Shown here piece after piece: positions 9,051-17,263 of a DNA stretch of 50,674 bases. The stretch comes from a virus (lineage: Duplodnaviria; Caudoviricetes). Both the position numbers and the translations under genes were made by a program. Where the stretch lies: IMG/VR virus record IMGVR_UViG_3300032305_001858, positions 1-50,674 of that record; one strand, given 5' to 3'. The stretch's first letter is position 1; every line of letters starts with the position of its first letter. The notes below the pieces were generated by a model that was given only the letters and a program-made list of their open reading frames with translations, did not search any database and was not told the origin of the DNA.

Positions 9051-9310
9051 ACGACATCAAGATCATCGAGAAGGCCTACCACCGCAACGGCGTTGCCGGG
9101 GAAGGCTTCTGGGCGGTGCGGTTCCAGCACACGCCTGACGACAAGCCAGAGACGTTCGTGGCGACTCTGTTCGACGGCGTGGGCCGGTGTGCAGTCCTGT
9201 CTGTGGACAGGCTCGCGACTGACGGAGTGAGGTTCGGCCTCAACTCGTGGAGAGGCGACGTGTTCGAGGGCGATCTGCGGCGGGCTATCAATGAAGGAGA
9301 CGACCAGTGA
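9047..9310 (+). CDS. Small conserved phage protein
   Basis: YHRNGVAGEGF...NSWRGD.FE motif; SD AAGGAGGT. Confidence 0.8.
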   Translation: MNDIKIIEKAYHRNGVAGEGFWAVRFQHTPDDKPETFVATLFDGVGRCAVLSVDRLATDGVRFGLNSWRGDVFEGDLRRAINEGDDQ

Positions 9311-9516
9311 GCAACATCAAAAGCTGGACGGCGTTCCGAAGCGACGGCACTCTCGCCGGGCACTTCCGAATCAGGTCTGGAGAAGTCATCGGCAAGCCGT
9401 TCTGCCTCGAAGTGCATGACGGCAACGGCTACCAGTATGTCGGCAGCTACAAGACTCTGTCGGGTGCGACTCAGCGCGCAAAGAAGTACCGAGCAGCCAA
9501 AGGAGGTGACCAGTGA
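9307..9516 (+). CDS. Hypothetical protein
   Basis: SD AAGGAG; GTGA overlap. Confidence 0.75.
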   Translation: MSNIKSWTAFRSDGTLAGHFRIRSGEVIGKPFCLEVHDGNGYQYVGSYKTLSGATQRAKKYRAAKGGDQ

Positions 9517-9806
9517 ACGCAACACGCAAGTTTTTTAGTGGCCTCGTCGAGGCCCGGCTGGTGGAAGACGAAATCTGGGCGGTGACGTGCAAGGGCATCG
9601 AGTTGGGTGCGATCGAGCATCACCGGGGAGACCGGGACTGGCGTGCAGATCGACGATGGGAGATTGTTGGCAGTCGCCCAGAGAGGGGATTCGCCGGGCG
9701 TTTGTCGAATGGGTTCGAGACTCTCGGCGGAGCCGTGACGGTGCTGTGCCGATATCAGTCAAGCGTGATCATTTCTGTCCTCAACAGTGAAGGAGAAAAC
9801 CAGTGA
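9513..9806 (+). CDS. Hypothetical protein
   Basis: SD AAGGAGGT; GTGA overlap. Confidence 0.7.
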   Translation: MNATRKFFSGLVEARLVEDEIWAVTCKGIELGAIEHHRGDRDWRADRRWEIVGSRPERGFAGRLSNGFETLGGAVTVLCRYQSSVIISVLNSEGENQ

Positions 9807-10072
9807 ACACCATCTACACCCCTGAAGCACTTGAGCGAAGCGTTGCCAAGGGCAAGTACAAGACTTGCCTCTTGCGAGACCTCGGCAAGACCGACACCGA
9901 CGACGCGTTCGTCTTCGTCTTCCCGTCGCCAGACTTGATCAACGCCGAGAACGGCGACGGCAACTTCCTTGAAATCTGGGACTACGCCCGCGACCTGTCG
10001 AGCGTCACCACGAGCCGTGGCGACATCGCTACCACGCCCGAGACCGTCATCTACTACACGCGGGAGGGCTGA
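9803..10072 (+). CDS. Hypothetical protein
   Basis: SD AAGGAG; GTGA overlap. Confidence 0.75.
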   Translation: MNTIYTPEALERSVAKGKYKTCLLRDLGKTDTDDAFVFVFPSPDLINAENGDGNFLEIWDYARDLSSVTTSRGDIATTPETVIYYTREG

Positions 10073-10074
10073 GC

Positions 10075-10281
10075 ATGAATGGTTACGAATGGCTGACTCA
10101 GGAGTGCGAACACTGCGACGGCGACCATCAGAGCCACCGCAGAGACGCCGACGGTCGCTGGCGTTCCTTGGGGCGAGACGATCGCCTGCGAGGCTTTGTC
10201 TGCAAGAAGTGCGACGAATCACTCGACGATATGCTTGGAGAACGAGAGACACCGATTAGCAAAGGGAGGGCTGACAGATGA
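10075..10281 (+). CDS. Small Zn-finger protein
   Basis: CEHC...CKKC; SD GGAGG. Confidence 0.7.
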   Translation: MNGYEWLTQECEHCDGDHQSHRRDADGRWRSLGRDDRLRGFVCKKCDESLDDMLGERETPISKGRADR

Positions 10282-10481
10282 AGAAGTGGAGAGTCCGTAG
10301 TTGGAAGACTCACAACACAAGAACCCTCCGAGGGGCTTTGGTCAAGCTCATGGTTCACCACGAGGTGATCGTGGCACAGATCAAGACCGATGCGTTGCGT
10401 TTTTTCTTCGAGAAGCACCCCGAGGATCGCGACGGACTGACCGTCACGGCGTCTCCGCTGAAAGTGAGGACAGGGACATGA
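10278..10481 (+). CDS. Hypothetical protein
   Basis: SD GGAGG; ATGA overlaps. Confidence 0.65.
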   Translation: MKKWRVRSWKTHNTRTLRGALVKLMVHHEVIVAQIKTDALRFFFEKHPEDRDGLTVTASPLKVRTGT

Positions 10482-10750
10482 GCAACGAATTCATCACGAC
10501 TGATCACGCCTACGAAAATCTCGATCTGCTTCGACGCAGCGTCGAGGACTTGACGTCAATCCGGCGAATTCTCCGACGGGCGCGGCGTCAGGGCAAAGGC
10601 GTTCACCCCGGCAAGTGTCGAGACACGCTCTCGGCCTGTCTCGCCGACCTGATCGAGTCTTGCGCCCACCTGTCGCAGGGCGACGACGCCGACCGGATCG
10701 AGTTGAGCAAGGAACTGGCGGCACGCATCATCAAGGAGGACTTGCAGTGA
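10478..10750 (+). CDS. Hypothetical protein
   Basis: ATGA overlap; helical. Confidence 0.7.
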   Translation: MSNEFITTDHAYENLDLLRRSVEDLTSIRRILRRARRQGKGVHPGKCRDTLSACLADLIESCAHLSQGDDADRIELSKELAARIIKEDLQ

Positions 10751-10989
10751 GCAACATGACGGGCGACGATCAGCAACTTCTGGAAGATTGCGTCAACCAC
10801 TTGCGGGGCACCATCCATATGAATGCGAAAGTCACGCCGCGACTGCGGGTGCCGGTCAGCATCTGTGGCTCAGTCCGCACTTGGATGCACAGGCATCTCG
10901 TCGGCGTGGGCTTGCTATGGGGTCACGCTGCCGAGACGAACGAATACGAAAGACTTGTCTCTCTGGTCAAAGAAAGGGTCAAGGCATGA
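10747..10989 (+). CDS. Hypothetical protein
   Basis: SD AAGGAGG; GTGA overlap. Confidence 0.65.
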   Translation: MSNMTGDDQQLLEDCVNHLRGTIHMNAKVTPRLRVPVSICGSVRTWMHRHLVGVGLLWGHAAETNEYERLVSLVKERVKA

Positions 10990-11234
10990 AGAGCAAGTTG
11001 ACGTGCAACGAGACTCTCAAGACTCTCGCCGACACCGTCGAGCAGCGAGGCGGCTACGCCAAAGGCTCGAAGGTCGATAAGGCCGTCGCTCGTGCGAAGA
11101 AGATCGCGAGCGGCCCGGACCTCGTCGAGTCTCTCGAACGGCTGGTCAAGCTGTGGGAGGAGGCTATCGGATACGAAGAGGACTACATGGATATGGCCGA
11201 CTTTGCACGCGACGCGATCAAAGGAGCCAAATAA
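10986..11234 (+). CDS. Hypothetical protein
   Basis: ATGA overlap; IASGPDLVESLE...ARDAIKGA helical motif common in phage early proteins. Confidence 0.7.
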   Translation: MKSKLTCNETLKTLADTVEQRGGYAKGSKVDKAVARAKKIASGPDLVESLERLVKLWEEAIGYEEDYMDMADFARDAIKGAK

Positions 11235-11292
11235 TTCGCTTGGCTAACCGCAACAGTACGGATACCATCTCCACAATAGAAAGGACAATCGA

Positions 11293-11685
11293 GTGAAGAA
11301 GAAAAAAACAGTAGCCAAGCAAGTCAACGATCCCCTCAAGTACGTGCGAGAGTTTGCACCGTCGCTCACGGTGGCACGGGCAAGTCTCCTGCCGTTTGAA
11401 GACCTGATCTCCGCAGAGTCTGCCGGTCCACAGAACGGCGAGTCTGATGAGGCGTATTTCGAGATCATGGTTGACACGCACGAGTACGGCCCGGACACGC
11501 GAGTTGCGGCTCACGTGACTGCCGAAGACGTGACCATGACCGTCTACGAGGTTCTGCTGAACGAAGACGGCGAGCCTGAGAGCGAGTTCGAGATGGACTC
11601 TTGGAAGTCTTCCCTCGAAGGTCTCTGGGAATGGCTCCGGCAACTCCCTCGACCGGCTCGATCGTTCCGCCGACGAACTCGTTGA
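11293..11685 (+). CDS. Acidic hypothetical protein
   Basis: SD AAAGGA, GTG start. Confidence 0.7.
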   Translation: MKKKKTVAKQVNDPLKYVREFAPSLTVARASLLPFEDLISAESAGPQNGESDEAYFEIMVDTHEYGPDTRVAAHVTAEDVTMTVYEVLLNEDGEPESEFEMDSWKSSLEGLWEWLRQLPRPARSFRRRTR

Positions 11686-11710
11686 CATTGTTCCTATCTC
11701 ACGCGATAAT
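11682..11710 (+). promoter_or_regulatory. Promoter of the HTH gene
   Basis: TTGACA-17bp-GATAAT; CCTA 12 nt before the -10 as in P1-P5. Confidence 0.65.
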
Positions 11711-11731
11711 CCAGACAGAAGGAGACCCCTC

Positions 11732-12034
11732 ATGCCAAAACCACTAGTTACGCCTCCAGAGATTCGGCTCGTGCTGACTCGCGAGGCTGCGAAAATCATC
11801 GGCTGCTCAATGCGTCAAGTCCGCTCTCTCGCAGAGCGTGGCGTGATCAAGAGTTGGTCGCTAGGCCCGAAATCGTCCGCGTATGACATCGAAGAGATCA
11901 AGAAATACAAGGCCGAGAAGGAAGCCGGTCGCAAGGCGGGCACCGTTCGCGGCGCGAGGCCGCAGGGGTACAAGCGAGACGTGATGCCTCACGAGCGGGC
12001 GGCGGCAGCGGCGGCGGCAAAAAAGCAGAAATAG
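11732..12034 (+). CDS. Excisionase/MerR-like (HTH_17) DNA-binding protein
   Basis: VLTREAAKIIGCSMRQVRSLAERGVI......YDIEEI winged-HTH pattern; basic tail. Confidence 0.8.
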   Translation: MPKPLVTPPEIRLVLTREAAKIIGCSMRQVRSLAERGVIKSWSLGPKSSAYDIEEIKKYKAEKEAGRKAGTVRGARPQGYKRDVMPHERAAAAAAAKKQK

Positions 12035-12106
12035 TGTCATAGCAAAAAGCCCTTGTTTTTCAGGGGCTTTCTGCCTATTGACAATCCGCCTAGGTTGTCC
12101 TATAAT
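12034..12106 (+). promoter_or_regulatory. Promoter P5 with upstream box and terminator-like hairpin
   Basis: GTGTCATAGC(12034); hairpin AAAGCCCTTG-TTTTT-CAGGGGCTTT; TTGACA(12078)-17bp-TATAAT(12101). Confidence 0.85.
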
Positions 12107-12152
12107 GCACCCAGACGCGAACGACACCTCGAACCAAAACGGAGCCGACACA

Positions 12153-13076
12153 ATGAGCAACATTCGCACCGACGTCCACGCCCCCTCTTCAGCCGCCTTC
12201 GACCCGAGCCTCTACACTTGCTACGGCTGCTACGACGGCAGTCCGGAGCCATTCGCTTTTCTCGGCGGCTTTGACCCGCTCCGCGAGTACCGCGACCAAA
12301 TCAAGTCGCTCGTCGAACGTGGCTACAGGTGCGGCAGGGGCTGCAAGTCCGTCTGCGGTCACTGCGGGGCTGGCATCCGGTACTTCGCCCTGCTCGTTCG
12401 CGACGACGTCAAGCAGTTCATCCACTGCGGCGAGCAGTGCCTTGACAACCGCTTCAGTGTCGAGACCGCTGCCGATTTTCAGGCTCTCCGCAAGGCCTCT
12501 AAGCTCAACCGCGAGCGGGCCACCCGCGACGAGCGTCTGGCGTCTCTCCGAGAAAACCCGGCGATCGCCCGGCTCCTCGACGGCGGCAGCGACGTCAACG
12601 GCAGCGAGTTCCTGTGCGACGTCCGCGTTCGGGCACTCAACACCGGGCGTCTCAGCGAAGCCCAGATTTCTGCCGTCGAGCGTTCCTTCAGGAAGTTCGA
12701 CGAGCGTGCCGAAAGGCAGGCCCGCTGGGAAGCCGAGCGGCGTGCTGAGGCTCTCCGTCTGGCTGAGGCTGGCGTCAAGGCACCCGAAGGCCGCGTGGAG
12801 GTAACCGGCGTGGTGCTGTCGGCCAAGGAACACCAGAGCCAGTTCGGCACCGCGATCAAGATCGTGGTCAAGTCCGACGATGGCTGGAAGGTCTGGACTA
12901 CCGCCCCTTCGTCGCTGTTCTCTGAGGTTGACGTTGACACGAAGGTCATCGAGGAGGTCCGCGAGGCTCTCGTCGGCAAGCGGATCAAGTTCGTGGCCGC
13001 TCTCACCCGCAGCGACAGTGACGCCGCCTTCGCCTTCGGAAAGCGGCCCACGAAGGCCTCGTTCGTCGCGGCTTGA
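12153..13076 (+). CDS. Zn-ribbon plus OB-fold-like nucleic-acid-binding protein
   Basis: CGHCG..IRY...CGEQC; LSEAQI helix; C-terminal GRVEVTGVVLS.K....FG beta-barrel pattern. Confidence 0.7.
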   Translation: MSNIRTDVHAPSSAAFDPSLYTCYGCYDGSPEPFAFLGGFDPLREYRDQIKSLVERGYRCGRGCKSVCGHCGAGIRYFALLVRDDVKQFIHCGEQCLDNRFSVETAADFQALRKASKLNRERATRDERLASLRENPAIARLLDGGSDVNGSEFLCDVRVRALNTGRLSEAQISAVERSFRKFDERAERQARWEAERRAEALRLAEAGVKAPEGRVEVTGVVLSAKEHQSQFGTAIKIVVKSDDGWKVWTTAPSSLFSEVDVDTKVIEEVREALVGKRIKFVAALTRSDSDAAFAFGKRPTKASFVAA

Positions 13077-13130
13077 CCAAATTGTACGGACTCGTTTACC
13101 ATCCCACCCCCAACAGCGAAGGAGCTACCA

Positions 13131-13430
13131 GTGAACATCGTCCTAGACGCAGACACGTCTGACTGCCCCGGCTGCATCTGCAAGGTGCTGGACTCGACAG
13201 AGTCTCGCTCGATCCTGATTCAGCAAGACACAGACGCGCCGGGCGTGGCGTCGGCCTTCGGATGGTCGCCCCGGTACATCTCGTCGATCGCGGGGTGCCG
13301 CCACCTCACGACGGACGGCACGACCGACTGCATGGAGTGCGGCGTGAAGGCGATCCAGTTCATCGAGTCTGCGGTGGAGTTCTTGAACGACAACGACGGG
13401 GCCGTCGCGGACGACCCCGGCTACTTCTAA
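13131..13430 (+). CDS. Hypothetical Cys-rich protein
   Basis: SD AAGGAG; CRH..TDGTTDC.ECG; ends DPGYF. Confidence 0.75.
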   Translation: MNIVLDADTSDCPGCICKVLDSTESRSILIQQDTDAPGVASAFGWSPRYISSIAGCRHLTTDGTTDCMECGVKAIQFIESAVEFLNDNDGAVADDPGYF

Positions 13431-13441
13431 GGAGGTGACCA

Positions 13442-13693
13442 GTGTTGAACGTGCGAGTTGAACATACGGATACGTTCGCCGGAGAGGCCAACTACGGCTG
13501 GGTGAACCGGCATGAGTTCGAGGCGGTGGATAACGCCAGTCGCAGAACTCTTGTGCGGCGGGCCAAGCAAGAGTGCGGTCTGACGAACGTCCCCTGCGAC
13601 GTGACTGAATGGGGAGACGACATCACGATCCAGCCTCGTGGGCTGTGTCAGATCGTCTTCATCACCTGCGAGACGAAGGAGGACGACCAGTGA
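13442..13693 (+). CDS. Small conserved phage protein
   Basis: TDTFAGEANY.WV.R motif; SD AAGGAGGT. Confidence 0.8.
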   Translation: MLNVRVEHTDTFAGEANYGWVNRHEFEAVDNASRRTLVRRAKQECGLTNVPCDVTEWGDDITIQPRGLCQIVFITCETKEDDQ

Positions 13694-14055
13694 GCAAGAA
13701 TTTGATTCACGTCATTCACCCCTACTGGGATCATGGAAGTCTCGTGTTCGACGACCCGAGCGTCGGCCTCGAAGGCGAGCCGTTCGTGGCCGGGGCCGAC
13801 GTGGCTCTTGGAATGCTGGCCTCTGGAATCAAGGGCTGCGAGAAGCGGTTCACGCTTGTCTTCTCGCATCTCGCCTTCCCCGGTCACCAACTCGTGGCGA
13901 CTCGCGGTAGGGCTGAGGCTGGTGGCTATTGGTATCGGTGGGATGCGTTGGGAGTGGACGGGTGGCTGTGCCCGGCGTTGTTCAAGTATTTCAAGACTGC
14001 ACCGAAGGCGATCTACGTACAGATCAAGCCACGACAGAAGGGAGCAAAACAGTGA
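13690..14055 (+). CDS. DUF6717-like protein
   Basis: I.PY....VFDD...GL..EPFVAGAD...G.WY....GWLCPAL.KYF..AP..IYVQ. Confidence 0.75.
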   Translation: MSKNLIHVIHPYWDHGSLVFDDPSVGLEGEPFVAGADVALGMLASGIKGCEKRFTLVFSHLAFPGHQLVATRGRAEAGGYWYRWDALGVDGWLCPALFKYFKTAPKAIYVQIKPRQKGAKQ

Positions 14056-14351
14056 AGACAGTCAGGGAAGACTCCTATCGCGTAAGCGAGCGAGTATTAA
14101 TCAATCGCGGCGATCGGTTCACGGCTTCAGGAGGGCCGTACTGGAAGTCGAGCGACGGCAGCAAGCTGCCGCTCAAGAGTTACGGGCCTTACACGTTTCA
14201 CTCTCACGTGAGACGTGGTGCGGTCGAGTGGATCGAGTGTCTCGACAAGGATGGTGCTTTCGCTGTCTTGCACATCGCAGGACGCCGGAAGCGGATTGAT
14301 GGTTCTCTCGTGGCGAGGCCGTACAAAATCGGCTCAAAGAAAAGAGCTTGA
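14052..14351 (+). CDS. Hypothetical protein
   Basis: SD GGAG; GTGA overlap. Confidence 0.7.
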   Translation: MKTVREDSYRVSERVLINRGDRFTASGGPYWKSSDGSKLPLKSYGPYTFHSHVRRGAVEWIECLDKDGAFAVLHIAGRRKRIDGSLVARPYKIGSKKRA

Positions 14352-14376
14352 CACTAACGGCCTAGGTAGGTAGGAT
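14348..14376 (+). promoter_or_regulatory. Promoter P6
   Basis: TTGACA-17bp-TAGGAT; spacer contains GCCTAGGT. Confidence 0.65.
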
Positions 14377-14418
14377 TCGTCAACTGGTTTCAATCACGTT
14401 TCAAAAAGGAGTAGGCAC

Positions 14419-15147
14419 ATGACCCTTGTTCTTCATTGCGGTGCAAAGGCAGCGACTCGCGAGGAAGTGGATTCCGTCGTCACGCCTGAAGGTACGGATA
14501 CGTGGACTCCGATCGCTCACGGCGAGATCGCCGACGCGGTCGAGAAGTCGTTGATCGGGACGGGGCTGTCCCCGAAGTCGGTCGACTACGGACTGACGAA
14601 GGACGGACTGCGGCTCTTCGGGCTGTACACCCTTGCGGGTGAGCATCCGGACTACGCCCTGACCGTCGGGTTTCGCAACAGCCACGACAAGTCGTTCGCG
14701 GCAAGTGTGTGCTGTGGTTCGAGAGTTTTCGTGTGCGATAACCTCGCCTTCGCTGGCGAGGTGACGATCTCGTCGAAGCACACGAAGCACTTGCGGTCTC
14801 GCCTGACTCGGATCGTGTCCGAGGCGGTCGAGAAGCTGACCGTCAAGCGTCAGCTTGTCGAGCGTCGGATCGCTCTCTACAAGGAAACGGAAGTGGCCTC
14901 TCAGGCTCACCTCCACGACCTTGTTCTGAGGTCGTTCCGGGCCGACGCGATCCCGGCTCAGGCGATCAGCAAGGTGATCGCTGAGTTCGAGGCTCCCCGG
15001 CACCCGGAGTTCCGCGACTGGAATCTCTGGAACTTGCAGAACGCGTTCACCGAAACTCTCAAGAGTTACGGCGAGATCGAGCGTCGGACGATCCGCCTGA
15101 ACGGCGTCCTCGACACCGAGATCGGAGACAAGCTGCTCGCGGTGTAG
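14419..15147 (+). CDS. DUF932 (LGT_TIGR03299-like) protein
   Basis: T.TW.PI.H, G.RNSHDKS, RVFVCDNL, KHT, W.L.NAFTE. Confidence 0.85.
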   Translation: MTLVLHCGAKAATREEVDSVVTPEGTDTWTPIAHGEIADAVEKSLIGTGLSPKSVDYGLTKDGLRLFGLYTLAGEHPDYALTVGFRNSHDKSFAASVCCGSRVFVCDNLAFAGEVTISSKHTKHLRSRLTRIVSEAVEKLTVKRQLVERRIALYKETEVASQAHLHDLVLRSFRADAIPAQAISKVIAEFEAPRHPEFRDWNLWNLQNAFTETLKSYGEIERRTIRLNGVLDTEIGDKLLAV

Positions 15148-15161
15148 TCTGGAAGTGTTCA

Positions 15162-15191
15162 CCCGGCGGGCGGCACTTCGCCCCCGCCGGG
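15162..15191 (+). terminator. GC-rich intergenic hairpin
   Basis: CCCGGCGGG...CCCGCCGGG stem; no T-tract, may be a stability/processing hairpin. Confidence 0.45.
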
Positions 15192-15226
15192 CGGCACTGC
15201 CACCATCAACACGGAGGGACTGAGGC

Positions 15227-15556
15227 ATGGCTAAGAGAGACCCTAAACTGACCTACCAGAATTTCGGCAAGTTCCGGCATACGTGGATTCACGAGGCTGA
15301 CCGGATCGTCATCGACTGCGTCGAGTTTGTGTCGCAGCCTCCGCACCTGAGTCCACAGTCCGCGAGGCACTGGAGGAGAGCGGCCAAGCTCTACGAGCGT
15401 GCCGCTGACTTCTACAGGCGGGCTGGTCTTGGGTGCATGTCAATCCAGTGCTGGCAGCAGGCTGAGGGCTGCTACACGGCACTGAACATGGCCGACGATC
15501 AGGAGCGTTGTCGGCTGAAGAAGGTAGCTATCCCTGTTTACTACGAGGAAGACTGA
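15227..15556 (+). CDS. Helical (TPR-like) hypothetical protein
   Basis: AAKLYERAADFY..AG......CWQQA..CY pattern; SD GGAGG. Confidence 0.7.
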   Translation: MAKRDPKLTYQNFGKFRHTWIHEADRIVIDCVEFVSQPPHLSPQSARHWRRAAKLYERAADFYRRAGLGCMSIQCWQQAEGCYTALNMADDQERCRLKKVAIPVYYEED

Positions 15557-15557
15557 C

Positions 15558-15857
15558 ATGGACGTTGGACAGAAAGTTTGGACTGCGACTGTTTTTTCGC
15601 ACGGACACGATTCACCATACGTGTACCTTGCCGAAAGGACTGTCGTCGCCGTGACTGAGGCGGGCGTGGTTGTCGAGGCACGGAACCACCCGACGATCGT
15701 CGAGAAAGAATCGAATCTCTACTCGACAAAGCCGGAGGCGGCTGCTTCTGCGATCGCAAGGCTTGCCGCTGAGCAGGAGAAGTGTGTCGCGAGGTACGAG
15801 GCGGAAATCGAGAAGATGAAAAAAATCTGCTTGCAGGATTGCATCGTCTCGGTATAG
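15558..15857 (+). CDS. Hypothetical protein
   Basis: SD GAGG; C-terminal coiled coil. Confidence 0.7.
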   Translation: MDVGQKVWTATVFSHGHDSPYVYLAERTVVAVTEAGVVVEARNHPTIVEKESNLYSTKPEAAASAIARLAAEQEKCVARYEAEIEKMKKICLQDCIVSV

Positions 15858-15895
15858 TTTCGATCCACAAACAAATAGTACGGATACACAGACGC

Positions 15896-17263
15896 ATGGC
15901 TTCAAGGAAGAAGCCGTGGCCGCATCAGGCGGCTGCGGTGGCGTGGCTTCTCGCACGCCTATACGGATATCTGAATCACGAAATGGGCTGCGGCAAGACG
16001 CTGACCGCCCTCTTGGCGACGGCAGGATGCCGAAACACGCTCGTAGTCTGCCCGATTGCAGTCGGACCAGCATGGATCGCACAGGTCGCATCATCGGGCG
16101 ACTCTCGCCGGGTCTGCCTAGTCGTCGAAGGATCGGCGGCTAGGCGGGCCGAGCGTATCAAAGAGGCTCTTTCGAGCGACGAGCCGACGATCGTCGTGAT
16201 CAATTACGACTCCGTCTGGCGACCTGAGATCGCGAAAGTGATCGCAGGGACTCAGTGGGACGCGATCATTCTCGACGAGTCTCACCGGATCAAGTCTCAC
16301 ACCGGCAAGGCATCGAAGTTCCTTTGCAAGCTGGCGGAGCGTCAGCCGCAGGCCAAGAGGCTCTGTCTTTCAGGCACTCCGACTCCGAAAGACCCGCTCG
16401 ACTGGTACGCACAACTCAAGTTTCTTGACCCCGAGATTCTTGGCTGCTCGTACCCGGCGTTCAGGAACCGGATCGCCAACACGCACCCGAAATATCCCGG
16501 CTGGATCACCTCCTTTCGGAAGGAAGGCCTCGACGCTCTCCGCGAGCGGATCGACCAGCACGTGCATCGGGTCAAGAGCGACGACGTCCTCGATCTGCCG
16601 GAAGCGATCCACACCGTGATCGAGGTGGAGATCACAGGCAAGACTCGCCAGTTCTACGACTCGCTTGAAAACGACATGATCGCTTTTATCGACGGCGAGC
16701 CTGTCACTGCTGCGAACCAGCTTGTCGTCGTCAGCCGTCTTCGCACTGCGGCGGCTGGCTACACCCGGATCGACGGCGGCAGCGAGTTCACGATGATCGA
16801 TGGCACTCCTGCTAAGAGTTCGATCTTCGCCGACTGGCTAGAAGATTTCCCGCGAGACGAGCCGCTCATCGTCTTCTGCTCATTCGTGAAAGACATCGAG
16901 GAGGTCGTCAGTCAGTGCCGCAAGAGCGGACGCAAAGTCAGCGAGCTTCGCGGAGGAACGAATCAACTTGCCCAATGGCAGGCCGGTGAGACTGAGGTGA
17001 TCGTGATCCAGCAACAGTCTGGCGGTGCGGGTATCGACTGCACGAGAGCGAGTCACTGCTGCTACTACGGCGTCTCGCACAGCTTGGGCGACTTCGACCA
17101 AAGCCTCGCCCGGCTCCGCAGGCCGGGGCAGACAAAGACGTGCCGGTACTACCACTTTGTCGTGAAAAACACGGTCGAGGAGACGATCTACGCGGCGTTG
17201 CAAAACAAACGGGACGTGGTTGAAGAGGTTCTATCAAGACTGACACGGAGGGTTGGCGCATGA
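15896..17263 (+). CDS. SNF2-like (SF2) helicase
   Basis: PWPHQ, EMGCGKT, LVVCP, INYD, ILDESH.IK, LSGTP, GGAGID, Q..AR..RPGQ. Confidence 0.93.
   Translation: MASRKKPWPHQAAAVAWLLARLYGYLNHEMGCGKTLTALLATAGCRNTLVVCPIAVGPAWIAQVASSGDSRRVCLVVEGSAARRAERIKEALSSDEPTIVVINYDSVWRPEIAKVIAGTQWDAIILDESHRIKSHTGKASKFLCKLAERQPQAKRLCLSGTPTPKDPLDWYAQLKFLDPEILGCSYPAFRNRIANTHPKYPGWITSFRKEGLDALRERIDQHVHRVKSDDVLDLPEAIHTVIEVEITGKTRQFYDSLENDMIAFIDGEPVTAANQLVVVSRLRTAAAGYTRIDGGSEFTMIDGTPAKSSIFADWLEDFPRDEPLIVFCSFVKDIEEVVSQCRKSGRKVSELRGGTNQLAQWQAGETEVIVIQQQSGGAGIDCTRASHCCYYGVSHSLGDFDQSLARLRRPGQTKTCRYYHFVVKNTVEETIYAALQNKRDVVEEVLSRLTRRVGA

Noticed and set aside
9700-9730. GGGTTCGAGACTC resembling a tRNA T-arm
   Set aside because: Inside a coding region and no cloverleaf can be built
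11996-12020. GCG run as a contingency microsatellite
   Set aside because: Short, impure, in-frame poly-Ala; no phase-variation potential
15782-15895. N-terminal extensions in the ORF track (e.g. 300, 4879, 12078, 15782, 22330, 38215, 39925)
   Set aside because: They overlap upstream genes or promoters; downstream starts with SDs or stop-start overlaps fit better
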